Positions 38,501 through 50,600 of a DNA stretch of 64,000 nucleotides are shown piece after piece. Origin of the DNA: Lingula anatina. Its lineage: Eukaryota; Animalia; Brachiopoda. The stretch is from positions 24,552,001 to 24,616,000 of the forward strand of contig CM120642.1 of assembly GCA_051362555.1 (NCBI GenBank). The letters run 5' to 3'. Positions within the stretch are counted from its first letter, which is position 1. Each line of letters begins with the position of its first letter. The notes below the pieces were generated by a model that worked only from the letters and a program-made list of their open reading frames with translations, did not search any database and had not been told where the DNA came from. The position numbers and the translations under genes are program-made.

Positions 38501-41500
38501 TTACCGTGTGTCAAACCACTGAGGATAACCTTCAGCCTAAGGTAGGCCTTCCATACGATCCCGTATCATACGAAGAACTGATGAGTTAATTAATGGGCCC
38601 AACAAAACTGATGAAGGAACGAACTCTGATTTTCAGTGTGGAATATCCTTGGTGTGTATTTATATTTACATATTTTACGTCACCTACCAACAAAATCAAG
38701 AGGCGACAGAATGGTCAGATATTCCCTATCCAAAAAGGAGATGCTCCTCTGAATTTCCATGTTTTATATTCTGTATTCAATGTTATAAAAAAGGAGTGTA
38801 ATGAACTGTTTTAAAAAAGCGCGTTTTTTTACCTTCAAAATTGGTCAAACAAACACATTTTGCAAATGAGCATTCTTCTCATTGATATGTACGATTATCT
38901 TATATTCAAAAATGTGAAAGTGGACATGCATAAATTCAACAAATAAAAAATGGCCATTAATCATCAAACCAATTAAATTAAAAAAATATTTAACTGATTT
39001 TTACACACACTGAACAAAAGGTTGCTCTTTGTTGAAGCATTCTGTTATATTGTGACAGCTACCAGGCACTAACGTTGTGATCTGATGGTCCAAGCTACTG
39101 TAATATTAATCAGGTCCCACCGGTAAATAGCACAAATGAATGTACATCATTAATACAAACTACATTAATGACAGAGATGTATACTTAACCGAATATAATT
39201 ATTTTCAGCTGTGCCCGCAAACATTAATCAAACAGCATACTTTCCAGGGAAAGCTTAGAACAAATATGGTGTGCGCCAGGTGTGAGATTTCCAATGAGGA
39301 CAGATGAAATTGGCTATTTGCCAGAGCCTTTGTGTTACGTGCCAAAAAGTCAAATGTTTGTGATCGTTCGTCAATAAACACCAGTAAAAGAATTATATCA
39401 ACATGCCATTCATTAGCAACACGTTTTCGATGGTAAGTCGCAAAGAGTTATTTGAAATATGTAAAATTAATTAACATAAACTAGCTATGGAGACTTTTAA
39501 AAAGAGTCCATCGTCATTATAAGTTTTCTCGGCGAACTATTCAATATTTATCTCCATGCGAATAATTATCTATGCGACCCATTTGCTCAAAGGTTTACCG
39601 AAGATGTTCTTGCTCGAACACGTACATGTATAACAAAACACAGGGAATACCTATGAACATTGCCAATTATTAAAATGACCTAAGTTTATTATTGTGAAAG
39701 GAATAATATAAACAAAATATAATGGAGGGGAGGGGGTGTAAACAAAAGTGGAGGGCAAAAGATGGCAATCACTGAGCATAAAAATGCCATAAGATGTGAG
39801 CCTCTCAGCGAAGCACATATCTAGCCGCCTTTTTAAAAAGAAAGGATATAAAAATGTTTATCCACAAGAAAATGAATCAACTCGTTTCTTTGGGTTCGAG
39901 GATCAGTCTGGCTTTCATTTCTTAAAGAGGTTGAATTAATTACATGGTCATAACGGTCAAGATCAAAGCAAATCGAACCTCTCTGTTTGCATATGTGGCT
40001 TGATTTTACTGGGAAGAATCTTTTTTTAACTATTTCATTAGATTAACTTTCATTAACGCTACTTCACGCCGTTAGTGCAAGCCGTGTATATTATAACGAG
40101 CAATTATTTTCACCGTTTTATTTCAGCAAACTCTTATAGAAAGACCATGCTGTATAACAAATGCATACAAATTTCTACTGTTGGAGCACGATGTAAAAAC
40201 GTACGGATACTATTTCCTATTATGTTGTATAATAAAGTAAAAAATCAATTTCTCCGAATAAATAAGTCGTGTCGTTATCGCAGTGTATTCATCTCGCGTG
40301 AGAATGCCATTTTCACTTTGTTCATGGCACCCTCACTTAGAATGTGACTGTCAAGCTTTTAAACGAGACTTCTTAACCAAGATTTCCAAAATGTTTATTA
40401 CTCTTTGGTAAAATAGAAATGGTTCAATATCACCACTCCTGACAACAAATTTGCATTACGATAAATAGCGAAATCCATCGGTTTCAAGCTTTTCGGCAAA
40501 TGGTGAAGAAACTGACACCGGAAGCAGATTTCATGAAATCACTTTGACTTATAAATTTCGGGTTTTAAAAAGGTCATTATTGTCTTTGTCCTATTTATTG
40601 AACATGACACAATGATGAGCATTCCAACTACTTGTGTTCACGGTTGATGCAAAAAAGGATTGAAATGCATATAAGTGCTTGAAATGCAATACAATATGTG
40701 CCTCAGATGAAAAGCATTTTGGTTTGTGATTCTCATCTTGAAGGCTCTTTTTTTGCTTTAAGCTATCCGATATCCCTGAACTCCAGATTCTAGCAGATGA
40801 TTTTGATAAAAGGTAAGAAATTCAGTCTGCTGAAACGTCTACCCTTTACCTAATTTGATTCAAAAGAACTGTGCAAATTACAAACCCTCAACATAAGCTG
40901 GATGCAGGTGTCAACAGGAATGGTAGAATGCTTGGAACCGCAGTCCACTTCCCATTACTTTGTACAGGTCCCATATACTAACCCCAATACTCCGACTGAC
41001 ACTAACCAATATTTATCATATGGGACCCCGGATTTCCATTTCTAGGACTACCATTCCTGTCACACAGGGTACACATACAGGGTGCGATATTGATAACAGG
41101 CATTTTGTTCATGCAATAAAAATAACCAAACCTTAATCCCCACTATACATTGATATGTACAACAGCTGGTCTTAGCATGTATTTCCTATTAAGTGCTTTT
41201 TTTTTACGAAATATCTACCAGGCTACTTAAACAAACTGTTTCAATTTTTAATATGCCATCTTACAAAAATTTAGAAGTTTACATGTGCAAAAATAAAAAA
41301 ATAATAATTATTATTATTTAATGCACACTCACACTGGAATATTCGATGACTTGTGTATATAAATCAACACAAATAGGTAACAGCTCTATATTAAGAGGTG
41401 AGAGAATGCATGATGTCAATCATGACAAACAAGGAAAGTCGTCTTACTGTGCTGGTAGACGATAGTATAGTTAGGCACCCATTTCAACCAGTGAAGTCAG

Positions 41501-41693
41501 AAGATATAGATATAACTGAAAGACCATATAAAGGTTTTAAAACAAAGAAAAATGACATAGGTCAGATCGTAAGCTTACGGTGCGTCCAATATGTTTTATG
41601 ACATTATTATATAAAAAAAATTAATCAAAATTCATTAACACAGATTCCCAGAGTGAAAACAGTTACAAATACAAATATATTTCAGATGAAAGT

Positions 41694-44600
41694 CTATTGA
41701 GCAGGTAATTGATCGATTGAGGTGGCAAACTTGTAATCCTCTGGGAACAGCTGCACTGCCTTAGGATACATTAACTTGTAAGACTGCCTGATTGTCACCT
41801 CGGCAACACCGGCAATGTCTCCAATTTCTGGAATTATTACAATAATAAATATTAATCATACTACATGAAATACCAAAGTAACATCCTCACTTAGATGAAT
41901 ACAAAAATAATATACTAAATTAAATTTCTTGCCAATCAAAGGAATACCCTTTGACACTCACTGTTTTATCATTAATAATCTCTGAAAAAAAGGACCAGAT
42001 TTAAACGTATTGTCATGTAAAAAGCAACTTACACGTTATATGTCTGTGAAAATACAATCTGCTTGATCAGAGATAATCAAAATATGTGTATGGAGTAAGG
42101 GGGAATTTGAATGACTAAGTGCTGGCCACTTTTATTTCAAAAGATTTCTTCCAAATGACGTGTTGGTCATCATTAGGAGAATAAACTGTTTTTACATTTG
42201 TTATTTGCAGATCTACATGTACATCTTTTTCCCTCCCTGAGCATGTTCTGCATTTAATATAAACATGTGCAAGTTAAATGTACTTCTATACTTCAATTGT
42301 CAGTTTTTTTACACCTTTAATACAAAAGGAGTACAACTGATTTATGTCAAAGCAGACTGAAATTTTAGTCTCAAAAGTTAAGACCACCTTTTGGGGCTTG
42401 CATTCTTCAGTGAAACAGGGCCCTACTCACAGCATATCACAGACAACTCACCTTTTTGGCTTTTCTTGTCCTCTGATGCTTGTGAGGCCATATAGATGGC
42501 AGCAGCAGCTATAGAGATTGGACTTCTCCTGTAAGTCAAACCCACATGGTATAACAGGATTACTCATTCAGGTAAACTCTTACAGGGGAATGGGACAATA
42601 TGATAATCTAAGTACCATTAACAAAACCATTACCATTACCTTAAATAAAGCAAAATTAGTAACATAATTCCCTCGGTACTCTATCAAATATAGCCATTTC
42701 CTGACAGCTTCAATATTGGTCATTAGTCTACAACTTCTATTGTTAATGTACACAACAAATCTTCTTCACACACAAGTAATGAGCATGTTAACATTAAAAA
42801 AACATCATTGTTATTGGCTGTATCTTTGTTGATGTATCACCTACCCTGACACCAAATCCAGTTCCACTGCTTTCTTAGCTATATATGTGGCTGCCTTCTG
42901 GACTGAACTTGGTAAACCAAGATTGGAACAAAAACGGGACTAGAACAAAAATGAAGGTTTTATAAGTTATTAATTATCTGAGGGTGCAATGTGATCAAAA
43001 TTTTCCATTTTCTCCAATTATATTAAACATTTATAACAATCTGTTCAAATCTCATATGCTGGCATCAGGAGAAAGTAAATAACCAGTATATCTAAAAGTG
43101 AAATTATTGACTCAGGGATAGCGCTAGAAATTTTTTCCGCTTAGCCAAATCATCACTTTTTTGTCAATTTGTTATGAAAATGGTTTTAGGTTGACTAAAA
43201 TTCATCAAATCAAGTCCTTTTTGTTTAGCCAATTTAAGTCAGTTTTAGCATTTGGCTAAATTGGCAAGTGCCAGCGCTACCCCAGTGACTGTAATATAAA
43301 AATCACTATCATTACATACAGTTTTCAAAAGAATCATACATCTGTGCAATGTGTCTGTATCAAGTGAGTATGACAACATTGCATTGTTGGTTACCAAGTT
43401 TAAACAAAATATTAAAAGAAATACACAGCAAATCTGGAATGTATAATGTGTATTGAACCACAGAGCCAAAAGAGGTAGTATTCCTTATTCAGCTGTGTCA
43501 GGTTAATAAAATATTTACCATAAAATCCCCAGAGGTTATGGTGGAAACATCTGTCTCCAGATTCTTCACAATTGCTTTAAATGTTCTTCCGATTTCTTTC
43601 TTAGAGATTTTAGAAACAGCGCATATTTCTGAAACGAAAAAAAAAAAAATGACGTTAAAAATTTGGAACATTTAAATCAATATCGACTGTGATATTCAAT
43701 TTTATAATCTTATAATAATTTGTTCTACATATTTTCAGTGTTTCAGATTTTCGTTCCTAAGAGGATCACAAGACTATTTTATCAACTAATAACATTGGTC
43801 ACCCATTACGTAATATATTATTCATACAGCTTATATAACTGAAATGGGTATTACAACTATGCCTTCAAATAGTCACTGTTATCAGTTCAGAGATAAGCAT
43901 TTAAACTGGTAACTGATATTACTACTAATTATATATGACTGATATGCCATCTGAGCATAAAAATACACTCAGCTGTTGATCTACAGCAGCTTAACTCTTT
44001 AAAAACTATGTGTGCATTTTTCTTCATATGAAGCTAACAATATCGAGTCCTTAAAATAAGAAAAAAAATTGAAATCTGACCTTTGAAAGTGCGGGGTACA
44101 CCTTCCTGTCTACAGGCAATGTACAGACATGCAGAGGAAATGGCATCATTACTTTTTCCCTTCAGTGATTTGCTGTCATGAACTTGCTTGAACAGTGTGT
44201 TAGCTCTGTCCTATAAGAAACACAAAATTCACATCAGTTAAAAAAAGATAAATATCATTTTGTATTTTAGATACACACTACACATTTGAACTTTCTACAG
44301 TCCCCTATCCCCACAATTCCCTGTAAATTTTAAACATGTTCCCTTATTAATAAGGTACATCCTATTTAAATTTGTTGGGGAAATTCCTATTAAAAAAAGG
44401 TTTTTCGAATGTTAAATTATATTTTTTACACAATGAGTGAAATTAACACATTATAAGATTGGCTAAAACATTTGAAACTTTGAACTCCAATATAAGTTTA
44501 CAGATCATAATTTTGTCAGCAGTTTTGGATACTGTGTACCTTGGTGATAAGAAATAGTGTTGGAATTTTTCAGGAAAATCACTTTTTTGGTCAACTGTAT

Positions 44601-47600
44601 TAAGTTCTAACATGTAAGATGTGCCTTAAAAAACCAGCACACCACCATTCAATGCCTGTCACAGACAAATTTAAGGCCATAGTAAAAAAAAAAAACTTTG
44701 TGTGGCATATTGTCAATTTTTTTTGCTTACAAAAAGCCAAGGAACTTTTCAAACTTATGTTCACGTACCCAAAACGTTTTAGTGAAAATCAAGTGTGCTC
44801 CATAAAACCTTCAAGACAGGATTAACAGTCTCCAATCTTTAAACATATTTATTAATTATTACACTTTTGTATTGGATAAGAATACATTACAAAAGTGAAA
44901 GCCGAGTATACTCACTACTATCATCCTTGGCAGATTTAACCTGTCTGCCATCTGGGAAATCTCTCTAAAGGAATTCAGTAAAGTTCTATCGGAGCTGCTC
45001 ATCTGCAAAAACATACAATGCGGATATTAATCACGATTGAACAATTTCTCTGCACACAGAACTATTTGGAGTTTGGCTCTATATTATCATTTAGACTAAA
45101 ATGTTTTTTTTTTTTTAGGAAAGTGTCCTTTAGATAAGAAATTCCTGGCATGAAAATGCTCACAGTTAAATTGCACCTGCTGTACCAACATTACCTGATG
45201 TTAAATGTACAGTTTTTTTAATTACCTGTAGCATTGAGTGTTATAAATTCGTGACAGCAATCTTTACTTCTGTACAGGTACACTTTTTCAAAACAAAAAG
45301 AACATGAGTTAAAGCTATCCTTGCAAATTACTTAAACTTATTAATTTATTTACCGTTTTTCTGTTTTTGTAAGTGGGTCTCCCTTGGTCATCAACACTGG
45401 CCTCTCCTCCTGTGTAGGTAATTTCTGTAAAGAGATCACTGCCTCCAAGCAATGTATTCTGAAAGTAACATATCCATTAGTGGTTAAAAGGTTTATATAT
45501 GTTAAGCCAGCATGTGCAAATGAAACATGCTAAAGTGTTGGTATTAATTAACATGACTACCACCTCTACAATGTACTGCTAATACTTCATATAAAACTCA
45601 GGGGCCTTTTGAAAACATTGTGCTGTTAATATTTCATATAAAACTGTAAAAAAATGCAAGGGGGCTCTTAAAAATAATTATATTTTTATATAGAATACTT
45701 TCTTTTGGCAACTGTTTTTATATTTGTAAAATTATATTCATAAAGTATCACACCTCTGGTCCACCAACACGAGAAGCATCTTTGGAATCTTTCTCGTTGC
45801 TAAATGTTCTCCATTCTGAACCCACATCAACAACTCTATGAAAAAGAAATAGAAAACAAAAAGAAACATAGTGTAGAACAGTTTCATTAGCTATGTTATT
45901 ATAATAGACTTGTGAAGATTCTTTTGTCTATAGCTATTTATATTAGTTTGATCTTACCATCCAATATTTCATCTGCTTGCAGTCAGATTTCGTCAGGGAA
46001 TGAGGTTGTGACAGGTATGACAACCTGTCACCCCCTCTGGTGTGCTATTTGGTCAGATCCCCCCCCCCCCTTGCCTGCCCCTCCCTTAGGAGTGGTAGGT
46101 AGAGGTTGGGTAGCTCAGTCCCATCATTCCGATTCAACTTGGCCCCATGTAAGCGGATGTTAATTGCTTCAAGAACTTTCCGGTGTAGATCTCGTGGCTC
46201 TCTTTCCAAGATTATTATGTCTTCTATGGTTGTTGATGTTATACAATGCCCTGTCTGTTCCTGGTGTTGGCTGAGGGCAGATTTTTTATCATGTTTTTTG
46301 ATCGATTTTTGATGTTCAGCGATTCTTTCAGTTAAGGAACGTCCTGTCTCTCCGATGTATTTCTCTCCACACACCTGACAGGGAACAGACAGGGCATTGT
46401 ATAACATCAACAACCATAGAAGACATAATAATCTTGGAAAGAGAGCCACGAGATCTACACCGGAAAGTTCTTGAAGCAATTAACATCCGCTTACATGGGG
46501 CCAAGTTGAATCGGAATGATGGGACTGAGCTACCCAACCTCTACCTACCACTCATAAGGGAGGGGCAGGCAAGGGGGGGGGGATCTGACCAAATAGCACA
46601 CCAGAGGGGGTGACAGGTTGTCATACCTGTCACAACCTCATTCCCTGACGAAATCTGACTGCAAGCAGATGAAATATTGGATGGTAAGATCAAACTAATA
46701 TAAATAGCTATAGACAAAAGAATCTTCACAAGTCTAAAAAGAAACATAAATATTTGTTATACCACACATTCTTGTATCATACTCAAGATATTTTCAATCT
46801 CAATATTTAAATGAAAAAACAAGGCAGCAAAGCTGTCAAATGTACAGACAAAGAACAGAAAATAAAGATGCAAATAAGTGAAAAATTAAATTTTCACAAA
46901 AAACTGTTAAATTGCCAGAAAAATTTACCAAACAGACTGTGTTGCCAATTGAAGCTGTATGTTAGACCCATGTTTCTTTCCTGTAAGTTTGAGAACAGTA
47001 AGTGACATGATTTCCCTTAAATGGTCATCATAGGAGCAGTGCCCAAAATAGGGGTTTCTTCAAATTTTGATGCAACATTACATAATGTTTAACAGCATAA
47101 TGACAATCAAATGTTATTAATAAAATATTAGTAACATGGACATTCAGAAAATGTGACAAGCAAAAGTCTTCAAGATCATGGAACTTTAAAGTCACACCTT
47201 GAAAATGCCAATATGTGAAAAACTAAATTTTCACAAAAAACTGTTAAACTGCCAAAAAAATAAATAAATAAATAAATAAAAATACCAAACAGACTGCATT
47301 GCCTACTGAAGCTGTATTTTAGTCCCATGTTTCTTTCCTGTAAGTTTGAGAACAGTAAGTGACATGATTTTCCTTAAATGGTCATCATGGAAGCAGTGCC
47401 CAAAATAGGGGTTTCTTCAAATTTTGATGCAATATTACATAATGTTTAACAGCTTAATGACCATCAATTTTTAATTATAAAATATTAGTATCACAGATAT
47501 TCAGAAAATGTGACTAGCAAAGGTCTTCAGGCCCATGGAACTTCAAAGTCACGCCTTGAAAATGCCAAAATGTAAACAAGTCAGCACTGTTCTGAAATGG

Positions 47601-50600
47601 GTTTATTTCCATTTTTAACACTTTTTTAACATAAAACAAAATAAACATTTTACTGCCATTTTATATGACCAACTAAGAAAATTGATGAGATGGGAAAAGT
47701 ATCAATAGAACAGTGTTAAATGTCCAATTTCCTCCATTCTGAGATTCTGAACATAGTAGATGATTGAATCTGACAAACTGCAATGATATGAGTTTATTTC
47801 CATTTTTGACACTTTGTTACACAATACATGATAACAAGTTTACCATGTTTTTTACATAATCAACTAACAATGTTGTAAAGATGCAGGAAATATCAAACAA
47901 ACACTTTTAGGCATCTTATTAGTTAAATAATGAGACTGTTAACATGCCTAATAATTGAATTTGAGGAAATGTGAAAAACAGTATAACTTCTAAAATAATG
48001 GCCCGATTATGCTGATTTTCAAACTCAACCTGCGTTTTAGTAAGATTGACCACTCCTGTGAGTATAATTACAATTGGCCAATCCGTTTTTCTTATATTGT
48101 GTTATCAGTGTTGTATTTATATTGAAAATAGTGAAAAAACAGCATAAATTCCCTAAAAATGGCCCAATCATGCTGATTTTCGAACTTGACCTGCGTATTA
48201 TGAATATTCATCAGTTCTGTAAGTTTCAAGTCAAAAGGTAAAATGGTTTTCCACTTATCGTGTTATCGGTGCTGCATATATGCTGAAAAAAGTGAAAAAA
48301 CAGCATAAATTCCCTAAAAGTGACCCGATCATGCTGATTTTCGAACTTGACCTGTGTATTATGAATATTCATCAGTTCTGTAAGTTTCAAGTCAAAAGGT
48401 AAAATGGTTTTCCACTTATCGTGTTATCGGTGCTGCATATATGCTGAAAAAAGTGAAAAAACAGCATAAATTCCACAAAAGTGACCCGATCATGCTGATT
48501 TTCGAACTTGACCTGTGTATTATGAATATTCATCAGTTCTGTAAGTTTCAAGTCAAAAGGTAAAATGGTTTTCCACTTATCGTGTTATCGGTGCTGCATA
48601 TATGCTGAAAAAAGTGAAAAAACAGCATAAATTCCCTAAAAGTGACCCGATCATGCTGATTTTCGAACTTGACCTGCGTATTATGAATATTCATCAGTTC
48701 TGCAAGTTTCAAGTCAAAAGGTAAAATGGTTTTCCACTTATCGTGTTATCGGTAAAAGTGCACGGCGACGACGACGGCGACGACGACAGACACAGATGAT
48801 GGCTATATGTACAGACACATCTGTGTCTGTACATAAAAAATGCAGTTTTACATTTAAATGAGAAATGAAGTTTCATATTTAAATTTGGGAATTCAAAATG
48901 AAAAACTTTAGCAGTGAAAAGTATTAAATCAATGATGTGATCTGTATGGTTTGAGATTATAGGGCCATATCACAGAATATTATTATGTTCAACTCAAATC
49001 ATGAATAACTAAACAAAGCTCCACCATAACAAACACTGGATAAATTACAGACTGAAATACAGATGTACTAGTATGTGTGAAAAAATGGCATTGTATCTCT
49101 TTGTTTATTTTATTATTTAACATTCAGGTTCTTCAAAAACAAATTAACATGAAGAATAGTTTACAACAGTACTACCTTCATCAAATAAAAATGCAAACCT
49201 TTCATTCATTCCCTTTTTTCATTCTTATCTACATCTACCAAGCAAATAATTTATGATATAGACCAATATATCCAGAGTCTTTTTCTACATACAGAATATG
49301 TATTAAAACATGTTAAATACCATGCCTTCACAACTTCTCTACTGTCACAGTTTTACCAGTATATGAAGCACCAGTGAAATTTCGCAGTTTTGCTATTTGC
49401 ATGGGCATACTCACCACCATACATTTCAATGCAGGTCTCCCAAATAAAGACAGTATTGTCAAATTGGTGCATTTTATACATTGCTTCTATCTGATTAGAC
49501 ATCTTTTATCATGCTTTTTCTCAAAATGGGAATACAATCAATATCTTGATCAAATAACATTATACTGTGAAATCCTTCAACAAAAGAAAATAGGTCACAC
49601 TTGACTCAACATCCAATTTCAGCTACTAATTATAATATATAATTTGTGTTTGTGGGCTCTTTACATTTTCTTACAATGCATTCAAATGCATCATATTTAT
49701 TTTATTATTATCATCATAATAGCCTTCTGACGACATTAAAAATTATATCCTGGTTGTTTTGAACCCATTTACACCTTACAGGAAAAATCATCATTACATG
49801 TTCAACCACTGATGCCAAGACTGAAAGCTTGGCAAATGATTAGGAGAGCATGTACCAAATCAAAAAGTGTGGTGAGGCAATGGAATAGAGTGTTACAATA
49901 ACTTCTCAAGAGAATAGTTTTTAATATAGTATTGACAAATATTAACTAGTAGTCTATCTGTAACCTACCTTTTTCTCCACAACCACAACCTACCTGTCTC
50001 CCACAACCTATATGTTTTCTGCAACCTCAACCTACCTGACAACCACAACCTACCTGTCTCATACAACCACAACCTGTTTCCCACAACCTACCTGTCTTCC
50101 TCAACCATTATCTACCTGTCATATGCCAACGCAATAGATTTTACGCACCTCCCCCACCCCCAATCCCCAAGTAGTCATCTAGTTTGTCATCTGTGACCCA
50201 TCTGTCTCCCTGACTCTCCCACAACAACTAACCTGTCTCCCACAACCACAACCTACCTGTTTCCCACAACCAACCTGTCTTCCACAACCACAACCATAAC
50301 CTACCTGTCTCCCACAACCAGTCCACATTCAGGGCAGATCATGTCCCCAGCATGGTAGTCCTCCACCAGGATAGCATCTGGGTGACTGGGGCAGGTCACA
50401 TTAGCACTGGAAGATATTTTTATATTATAAAAGCATATATATATGATCATTAGGCAGCATGAATGTCAGTAGAATAATATAGATTCACTACCAGTAACAT
50501 GACTAATTTGGACAGATACTGTCAACAAACTATTAAAACTGGTACTAGTACTAGTAAGTGTTCTACTTTCATATCAGTTAAAAGTCTGCTACTGATACCA

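Larger units (their letters stand above)
45871..46735 (-). mobile_element. 5'-truncated Penelope-like retroelement with inverted pseudo-LTR (hairpin), GIY-YIG endonuclease fragment
   Basis: Minus strand encodes [24 protein letters not shown]...SALSQH...GH...RKVLEAINI (Penelope GIY-YIG C-terminus). Arms 45905-46261 and 46382-46736 are near-identical inverted copies. 34-nt tail at 45871-45904. 13-bp TSD aaaaagaaacata at 45858-45870 and 46736-46748. Confidence 0.9.
46818..48838 (+). mobile_element. Non-autonomous Helentron-associated element (HINE / DINE-1 / pearl-like), ~2 kb
   Basis: Starts aacaag + hairpin ggcagc-aaa-gctgtc + atgtacagaca (46840-50). Ends with a (gacgac/gacag) microsatellite, palindrome atgtacagacac-atct-gtgtctgtacat (~48807-48834) and an A run. 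Interior holds a ~340-bp tandem duplication and a 161-bp repeat array. Confidence 0.72.

Noticed and set aside
38375-38625. ctgatgag / ctgaag motifs and a hairpin as hammerhead ribozymes
   Set aside because: No properly placed stem II plus GAAA and stem I pairing.
47971-48753. Regular repeats as a CRISPR array
   Set aside because: Contiguous 161-bp units with no unique spacers, inside a eukaryotic intron, and no cas genes.
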